Below, in pieces: positions 57,603 through 64,000 of a stretch of 64,000 nt of DNA. A program made the translations under genes and the position numbers. The first letter of the stretch is position 1, and the number at the start of each line of letters is the position of its first letter. The notes beneath the pieces were generated by a model that made no database searches, had not been told where the DNA came from, and worked only from the letters and a program-made list of their open reading frames with translations. This DNA comes from a bacterium (lineage in GTDB: Bacteria > UBA8248 > JACPRG01 > G963555815): the NCBI GenBank assembly GCA_965261595.1, contig CBDHDG010000006.1, positions 1,632,001 to 1,696,000 of the forward strand, given 5' to 3'.

Positions 57603-59596
57603 TCAATTTCCCGGAAATGAAAAGACCGGCTTGAGCGGTCTGGTTTTCAGACCGCCCCGCCGCGCCCTGGCGATCAGTCCGGGATAGCGGTTTCTCCGGA
57701 TAAAAATCACGGCGTTTTCGGGAAGAGGACTCGCGTAAATCAGCGCGAAGTCGGTCCGCGCCTTCATGCGATCGAGCATGGGCCATTTCTTTCCCATCAA
57801 GACCACGTCCGTGGGATACCGGTCCAGGAGGTCGTTCCAGGAAATTCGCTCCGCGCCCGGCAGGAACGCCTTTCCGTAATGGAATGCCATATAGGCCTGT
57901 TCGGCCCCGGGCGGATAGACGTTCCGGTAGCGGCCGTCATAGGCGAGCAGGTTATGGGCGGGTTTACCGGCGGCCGAGTCGGGACCCAGGCGCCACAGGA
58001 CGAACTGAGCCCAATTGAACCAGACCGCCAGGTTCCCGCGAATCCCGTTATCGCGGATGAATTGAACCGCCCGCATGGGGAAATGGGCGGTCTTCATCGG
58101 GATGCGCCAGGGGGTGTAGACGCCGTACAGGGCGCCCGCCGCCGTGACGCCGAGGATCAGGGCAAAGACGAGCGCCGTCTTCATGACCCGCTGGGCGCGT
58201 CGACCGGGCAGGTTGGGTGGGGGGAGGGGGAGATGAGAGAGAGGGGGGGAGTTGCCGCGCGTCCACCGGGCGCGAATCGCGCTTTCCAGATGCTTGGGAA
58301 TGAACATCGCGGCGGCAATGCAGAAGAACACCGTATGCCGGATGTGGACAAGCCCGCCGATGACCAGCCCCGCCAGGAGAAGGACCTCGAAGGCGTCCCT
58401 TCGCCGGCGGGTGAAAATCAACGACCCGGCCGAGATGAGCAGAATCACCTTGAAGAAGGGGAAATCCACATCCACGTAGGGGAACCGGCCGGTGAAGAAC
58501 TTGAGCGGGACCCACTCGGCCATCACGATGGGGCGGGGGGTTGTCTGATCGAACCACAGCCAGCGGTAGAGCTCCCGTCCGTACGGGTTTGATCAGGGTG
58601 ACCAGCGCGCTTGCCAGGAAGGCGGCGGCCGTCCAGACAAGCAACCGGCGGGTCGATTCCGCGAGGGCGGCGTCTTGCCGCGCGAACAGCAGACGCAAAC
58701 CCGTCACCCCGGTCAGCAGCCCGATGACGACGAGGCCGGCTAGGAACCCGCCGTGGGTGTTGGCCCACAGGAGCATCAAGGGGACCCAGGCCAAGGTCCA
58801 CGTGGGGTTCAGGCTTCGAGTCAGGTGAGTCCGGGAGATCAGGGCAAGGAGCAGTGTGAAGAGGAAGAAGGTGAACAACTGCGGCCGAAAGGCCATCACC
58901 GGGGCGATTCCGCCCCATGCGAGGGTGAACATGACGACGACCTCCAGCAGGTTGCGCGTCGTCGCCCGTCCCACCCGGAGGATGCAGGCGAGAAGCCCCG
59001 CCACCAGGAGCAAGCGGAAGAGCCAAAGGCCGAAGGCGCCCCAGTGCGTCCAGGCGAAGGCGATGAGAATCTGGCTGAGCCAAGCGTGGCGGACCCACTC
59101 AAAAACGGGGTTGATCGGCTCATGGAACCGGAGGGTGTAGGACATAGGGGTCCGCCCACAAGAATTGACCGCTCTGGAGCGTGTATTGGCCAAAACGGAT
59201 GTGGCCCCAGAGGTCCGGGTCGGGTGAAGCGACCTGCATGCCCAGGGCGAGACAACCGCCGATGAGAAGGCAAACGAGGAAAAAGGAATTCAGGTCAACG
59301 CGGTCGAACCGGGATATCCACTTTGCGGCGGCGGGGGGGGGGCGCGAAGAACGAGATGAATCAGACGGGCTCACGGGCGCGCGTGCCTTTCGAAGATATC
59401 TCAACGGGGGCGGGCGCGACGTGCGCGGAACCCTCTCGGACCGCCGAGGGGCCGCCGCGGACTTCGATTCCTTCAGCGAAAATAACGATTGGGCGTCGGA
59501 GAAGGGCCGCGGGGCGAGGCGATGTCCGAAATCCCCGGAAACCCGGGAGCGCGGCAAGAATTCACCGTGTTCCTTACCGTTCCGTTCGGGATTCAT
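57603..59596 (-). pseudogene. Polytopic membrane protein, GT-C-like glycosyltransferase; frameshifts near 59140 and 58588
   Basis: DPDLWGHIRFG, RPQLFT, LWANTHGGF, NPYG, EW and DGR motifs spread over three frames. Confidence 0.65.
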
Positions 59597-59658
59597 ACTC
59601 CCGATGTCGGCGGTTGTCCCTGAGGATGTGAAGAATCAAGGCAATCGGAATTATGCCC

Positions 59659-59687
59659 TTGACAAAGTAGGCCACAAGGTCTATATT
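59659..59687 (+). promoter_or_regulatory. Transposase promoter starting within the left inverted repeat
   Basis: TTGACA, 17-bp spacer, TATATT. Confidence 0.7.
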
Positions 59688-59858
59688 CTAGGGTATGGCT
59701 GATTCATCGTTCACTTCAGCGTCTTTCGACCTTTCGCCCACAATCTTGTCTACTTCCTTCATAACCCGTTTTCCGAATATCTTCTCCATAAAATCATGGC
59801 CCGAAAGTTCGAGGTCTTCCTTTTTCAGTTCGTCTTTCTCTTTGGGGGATTGACCCAT
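59688..59858 (-). CDS. Small charged hypothetical protein (56 aa) divergent from the transposase
   Basis: ORF MGQSPKEK...FMEKIFGKRVMKEVDKIV fills the space between the left repeat and the transposase. Confidence 0.4.
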   Translation of the reverse strand: MGQSPKEKDELKKEDLELSGHDFMEKIFGKRVMKEVDKIVGERSKDAEVNDESAIP

Positions 59859-60747
59859 GGACATGAACCTCGTTTCCTTGATGGACCGCTTCAACTGCGA
59901 TAAAAAGTGCCGAAAGGCCCTGGAGCATATCCGGTGGCCCAATGGTGTCGCCTGCACCCGTTGCGGCGATATGGACGTTCTTCCTCTTCCCAAACACTGC
60001 CGATGGGAATGTAAGTCATGCGGCTACCAGTTCAGCGTCATGTCGGGGACCATCATGCACGATTCTCATCTTGCCCTTCGCAAGTGGTTCCTGGCGATCT
60101 ACCTGATGTGCGAGTCGAAGAAGGGGATTTCCGCCCTTCAGATGAAGAGAACGCTTGGGACAACCTACCGGACGGCCTGGCACCTGTGCCACCGAATCCG
60201 CGAGGCGATGGGCAATGATCCGTTTGAGGGGCCTACGCTTCTCGGAGTGGTAGAGGTCGATGAAACGCTTGTGGGAGGCAAGAAGAAGGGCAAGGGCCGT
60301 GCCTACAAGGGCAACAAGGTTTGGGTCGCAGGAGCCATCCAGCGAGGCGGCAAGGTCCGGGTCGAGCGTATCTCCGACGTGAAACGTCACACGCTCCATG
60401 GATTCATTAGCCGCGCCGTTCGGGACGAAGCCGAGGCCATCTATACGGACGAATTGAAGTCCTACCTGGGAATTGCCGACAACAATACGCGCCATGAGAC
60501 GGTCAACCATTCAGCCGAACAATGGGTCATTGGCGAAGTTCACACCAACAGTATAGAAGGTGTTTGGAGCCTATTCAAGCGTTCCCTGATGGGTGCGTTC
60601 CACAAGATGAGCGCGAAGCACATGGACCGCTACCTCGAAGAGCTTGAATGGCGGTTCAACAACCGGAACAACCCGAATCTATTCCAAGATACCCTTGCCC
60701 GCATTATGGACACTAAGAATCTGACTTATCGGGAGTTGGTGGCTTAA
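59857..60747 (+). CDS. IS1595-family transposase (intact)
   Basis: Zn ribbon CTRC/CKSC, VEVDETLVGG, YTDE, HTNSIEGVW and YLEELEWRFN motifs. Confidence 0.95.
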   Translation: MDMNLVSLMDRFNCDKKCRKALEHIRWPNGVACTRCGDMDVLPLPKHCRWECKSCGYQFSVMSGTIMHDSHLALRKWFLAIYLMCESKKGISALQMKRTLGTTYRTAWHLCHRIREAMGNDPFEGPTLLGVVEVDETLVGGKKKGKGRAYKGNKVWVAGAIQRGGKVRVERISDVKRHTLHGFISRAVRDEAEAIYTDELKSYLGIADNNTRHETVNHSAEQWVIGEVHTNSIEGVWSLFKRSLMGAFHKMSAKHMDRYLEELEWRFNNRNNPNLFQDTLARIMDTKNLTYRELVA

Positions 60748-61412
60748 GTCTTCCACGGTTTCCCTCGTCATTAACAGACTCTGGTGGAAGTTGTATATGC
60801 AAGAGGAATAATGGAACATCACCAATTTTCTCTGCATACCTGCGCAAGGCCTTTATAGACACTTGTTGATTGTCTCCGGGGATCTTTTCCTGAACTCCTG
60901 CAAAAGTCTCCAGAAACCCTGGAATCCCCCCCCCAATTACTTGACAAATCTTTGACGATAATGGCATCCTTGAGCTGGCTTAACATAACCTTGATCCTTG
61001 GATCTTTTGTTGCCTGATGAGGATCTATGGAAAACCACAAACAAGCCGCCTGAGACAATGATAGATTTTTGTGTTTTTGGTATAATGAAACATCTACCTC
61101 TATGGGTTCTTCACCTGGAGCTACAGTATCTGTGTGGATGCACTCATCGATCTTCTTGTCTAAACGTTCCACCTCGAGACGAAAAGGCGCCATTAACAAG
61201 TTCCATAGGAATGTTGGAACGATAGCCACCAATATGAATATGATAGCGATCACAATATTATCCGTCATTTCTGAACTAGCCTTTTCTTCTTCTCCGATAT
61301 AGCTGAGTAGCAAAATAAATATCGCAGGAACGAGAACCAACACAAGGACGGTTCCAAATGACAACCCAAAACTCTTCCACGTGTCAATACACGCTTTCTT
61401 AAAGATTTCCAT
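60713..61412 (-). pseudogene. AT-rich passenger protein with 2 N-terminal TM helices; probable frameshift at the C9 run 60926-60934
   Basis: ORF 60819..61412 plausibly continues in frame 60713..60967 (GGIPGFLETF...). Confidence 0.6.
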
Positions 61413-61942
61413 GCAACAAAACTACACATGGGATCGGGCTTTGTCAAGGGCATAATTCCGAAGGCAATGGTCACCGCCAACAGCCAAAAGACCACCGTAG
61501 CTAATCCCACGTTTCATCCTCCATGATCAGGATATTCGGTTCAAGTCCGGAGCTTACGACGCTTGGTTTCCACGGCCGGGGTTCGATCCGGACCCCGGCG
61601 ACGTTTCTCAGAGATCCTCTTCCCGCGCAACGACGCCCGAGGTCATGTTCCCGCTGATCATCTTATCAGGACTTTCGTTCTCACCGAGAGACAAGGGGGG
61701 ATGGGCCGCTTCTCGACCGATCCTGGAACTCCTGACTTCCCAACTCACCGGATGATCAACAACGACATTCCTATATATTTGGAAGCCGCCCTGGCGCAAG
61801 TGATCTCTGGGAGTAGTCGAATATTAATGAATAACCAACCGGCTCGGTCGTGGGGACCATGGAGGGGGGCGCGTCGTTCTCGATCCTGTTTGCGAGAGGG
61901 CGGAAATCGTCCCCGGCGGAAGGCGTCAGCCGCCGGTCGTCT

Positions 61943-64000
61943 TTATGATCTGGGGCCCCCGAGCGCCTCGACGACCTTTTCCGGGGTGATGGGCAGGCTC
62001 CGAATCCGCGCGCCCAAAGCGTGGGCGACCGCGTTGGCCACGGCTGCGGCCGTTGGAACGAGGGCCGGCTCGCCCAGTCCTTTCGCGCCGTAGGGGCCCT
62101 CCAGTCCGTGGCGGCCGGCTTCCGCGTTCTCGATGAACCGGACGCGGACATCCGGCGCGTCCACGATGGTGGGAATGCGGTAATCGTAGAAATTCGGGTT
62201 CATCACCTGCCCGCCGTCAAAGACCATCTCCTCCGACACCGCCCAGCCCAACCCCTGGACGACGCCGCCCTCGACCTGGCCCTCGGCGGTGAGGGGATTG
62301 ATGATCCGGCCCGAGTCGTGGACGGCCGTTACGCGCTCGATCACCACCCGGCCGGTCTCGATGTCCACGGCCACCTCGGCGACGTGCGCGGCGAAGGCGT
62401 AGGCGAGCGTCGCGTGGCCGTAGCGGGAGGCGTCCGGGATGACCACCTCGGGAGGCGTGACAAACGCGCCTTCGCCGATAATGGGTTTTCCGCCCGCGGC
62501 CGTGACCATATCGCGCGTGGCGTCGGAAAAGCCCATCCCCCGCCCGGGCGCGCCCTCGACGCGGATCCGGCCGTCCCCGGTTTCGAGATCCTCCGGCCGG
62601 CACTCCAGGCGCTCGGCCGCGAAGGCGAGGATTTTCTCACGGGCGTCCCGGGCGGCCCTGGCCACCGCGTGGCCGCCCACCGTCGTCACCCGGCTCGCGT
62701 ACGCCCCCAGGCAGGCCGGCGTCACGTCGGTGTCCACGCCGGAGACCCGGACGTCCTCCAGGCCGACGCCGAGCTCTTCCGCGGTGATCTGGGCGAGCAC
62801 CGTGCGGGCGCCCTGGCCGATGTCCGTTTCGCCCGTTAGGAGGAAGGCGCGGCCCTCTTCGTCGACCTGGACGACGGCGGCGCCTCCGTCGAAGTCCCCA
62901 TAGGCCCCCCGGAACCCGGAGCCGTGGATGCAGCAGGCCATTCCGACGCCCCGGAGGATGGCCTTTCCACGCGGCGAAGAAGCGGGAGGCTCAAAACCCC
63001 CCGCGCGTTTTCGGTCCCAATCCGTCTCGGATTTCGCTTTCTCGACGCATTCCCGGATTTCGGCCGAGCCGATTCGAAAGCCGTGCATGGTCACGTCGCC
63101 GGGACGGACGAAGTTCTTCATCCGGAGCGCGGCCGGGTCCATGCCCAGCTCTTCCGCGAGGATATCGACGCCGGACTCCAGGGCGAACGCCCCCTGCGGG
63201 TTGCCGAATCCCCGGTATCCCCCGGTCGAGAGCTTGTTTGTATAGACGAGCTGATATTGGTTTTTGACGTTGGGGATCCGGTAGAGGTTGTCCATCCGGT
63301 AAGAGGAGATGCCCGTGATGGCCGGCGCCTCGTTGCTGTACGCCCCGTTGTCGGCGATGACATCGGAGGATTTCGCGACGAGACTCCCTTCAGAATCGGC
63401 CGCCAGTCTCAGGTGGATGGTCATGGGGACCCGAGGGTGGGTGGTCAGAAACTCGTCGGTGCGGGTGTTGTCCAGCCGGACGGGTCGCCCGGCCTTCTTC
63501 GAGAGAAGCGCGGCGATCAGGTGAAGGCGGACCATTTTCTTGGAGCCGAATCCGCCGCCCACGAAAGAGTGGATCATCCGGATGTCGGACGCCTTCATCC
63601 CGAGGATTTCGGCGTAATGGCGGCGCGCGATCCAGGGGTCCTGGATGCCGACGTGTAGCGTCAGGCGGCCGTTGGGGGCGAAGTCGGCGACGGCCCCCAT
63701 GGGCTCCATGTAGCACTGGTGGGCGGAGGACGTCTCGAACGTGGCCTCGACCTTGTGGGCGGCGCGCTCATAGGCCCGGTCGAACTTGCCGCGCTCCATC
63801 TCCCCCCGCATCGCGATGTTTCCGGGCTTGTCCTCGTGGAGGAGGGGCGCCCCTTCGGCCAGGGCCTCCCCGGTCGTTCCGACTACCGGCAGGGGATCGT
63901 ACTCGACATGAATTTCCTCCAGGGCCTCTTCGGCGGCGTCGGGATCGGTCGCGGCGACGGCGGCGACCTCGTCCCCCGCGTACCGGACCTTGTCGACGGC
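61943..64000 (-). CDS. Xanthine dehydrogenase family molybdopterin-binding subunit (5' end outside the window)
   Basis: GGGFGSK, YRGFGNPQ, DIGQG, ASRVT, GQVEGG and GAKGLGE motifs. Confidence 0.93.
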   Translation of the reverse strand, partial: AVDKVRYAGDEVAAVAATDPDAAEEALEEIHVEYDPLPVVGTTGEALAEGAPLLHEDKPGNIAMRGEMERGKFDRAYERAAHKVEATFETSSAHQCYMEPMGAVADFAPNGRLTLHVGIQDPWIARRHYAEILGMKASDIRMIHSFVGGGFGSKKMVRLHLIAALLSKKAGRPVRLDNTRTDEFLTTHPRVPMTIHLRLAADSEGSLVAKSSDVIADNGAYSNEAPAITGISSYRMDNLYRIPNVKNQYQLVYTNKLSTGGYRGFGNPQGAFALESGVDILAEELGMDPAALRMKNFVRPGDVTMHGFRIGSAEIRECVEKAKSETDWDRKRAGGFEPPASSPRGKAILRGVGMACCIHGSGFRGAYGDFDGGAAVVQVDEEGRAFLLTGETDIGQGARTVLAQITAEELGVGLEDVRVSGVDTDVTPACLGAYASRVTTVGGHAVARAARDAREKILAFAAERLECRPEDLETGDGRIRVEGAPGRGMGFSDATRDMVTAAGGKPIIGEGAFVTPPEVVIPDASRYGHATLAYAFAAHVAEVAVDIETGRVVIERVTAVHDSGRIINPLTAEGQVEGGVVQGLGWAVSEEMVFDGGQVMNPNFYDYRIPTIVDAPDVRVRFIENAEAGRHGLEGPYGAKGLGEPALVPTAAAVANAVAHALGARIRSLPITPEKVVEALGGPRS

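Larger units (their letters stand above)
59646..61460 (+). mobile_element. IS1595-family transporter IS with passenger gene
   Basis: Perfect 22-bp terminal inverted repeat CGGAATTATGCCCTTGACAAAG and an 8-bp target duplication AAGGCAAT (59638-59645 and 61461-61468). Confidence 0.95.

Noticed and set aside
61943..64000. Naming the molybdoenzyme as 4-hydroxybenzoyl-CoA reductase, CO dehydrogenase or xanthine dehydrogenase
   Set aside because: The gene is partial and its partner subunits lie outside the window. The form I CoxL AYxCSFR motif was not seen. Only a family-level call is supported.

Overview
High-GC bacterial chromosome segment, probably close to the replication origin (mnmG-rsmG-parS-parA-parB). 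Gene content resembles Deltaproteobacteria/Nitrospinota/Tectomicrobia-type diderms; that is an inference, not a database result. The main feature is a ~15 kb minus-strand bioenergetic locus. A complete 9-gene V/A-type ATPase set (G-I-K-E-C-F-A-B-D) with an NtpK-type Na+ site sits between parB and a 7-gene F-type set (b'-b-delta-alpha-gamma-beta-epsilon; no a or c in the window). A near-consensus internal promoter with a Rex/CRP-like site precedes V-subunit D and would co-transcribe it with the F-type genes. Other genes include a two-subunit NAD synthetase, dcd with tandem NrdR-like boxes, dapL-folK-dnk-panC, a CoA-transferase/amidohydrolase/M24/cyclodeaminase cluster, two large TPR genes with exbB-exbD-tonB, and a partial XDH-family molybdoenzyme gene. 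The accessory DNA contains IS481, IS256, IS3 and IS1595 elements, a tandem pair of 237-bp MITE-like units, a transposase-less IS1595-like cassette whose ~85-bp inverted ends each hold two NrdR-box-like motifs, and four families of REP-like repeats. Many single-base frameshifts and long G/C runs mean some pseudogene calls may be sequencing or assembly errors. No CRISPR array, rRNA or tRNA was recognised. All calls come from reading motifs by eye; no searches were run.
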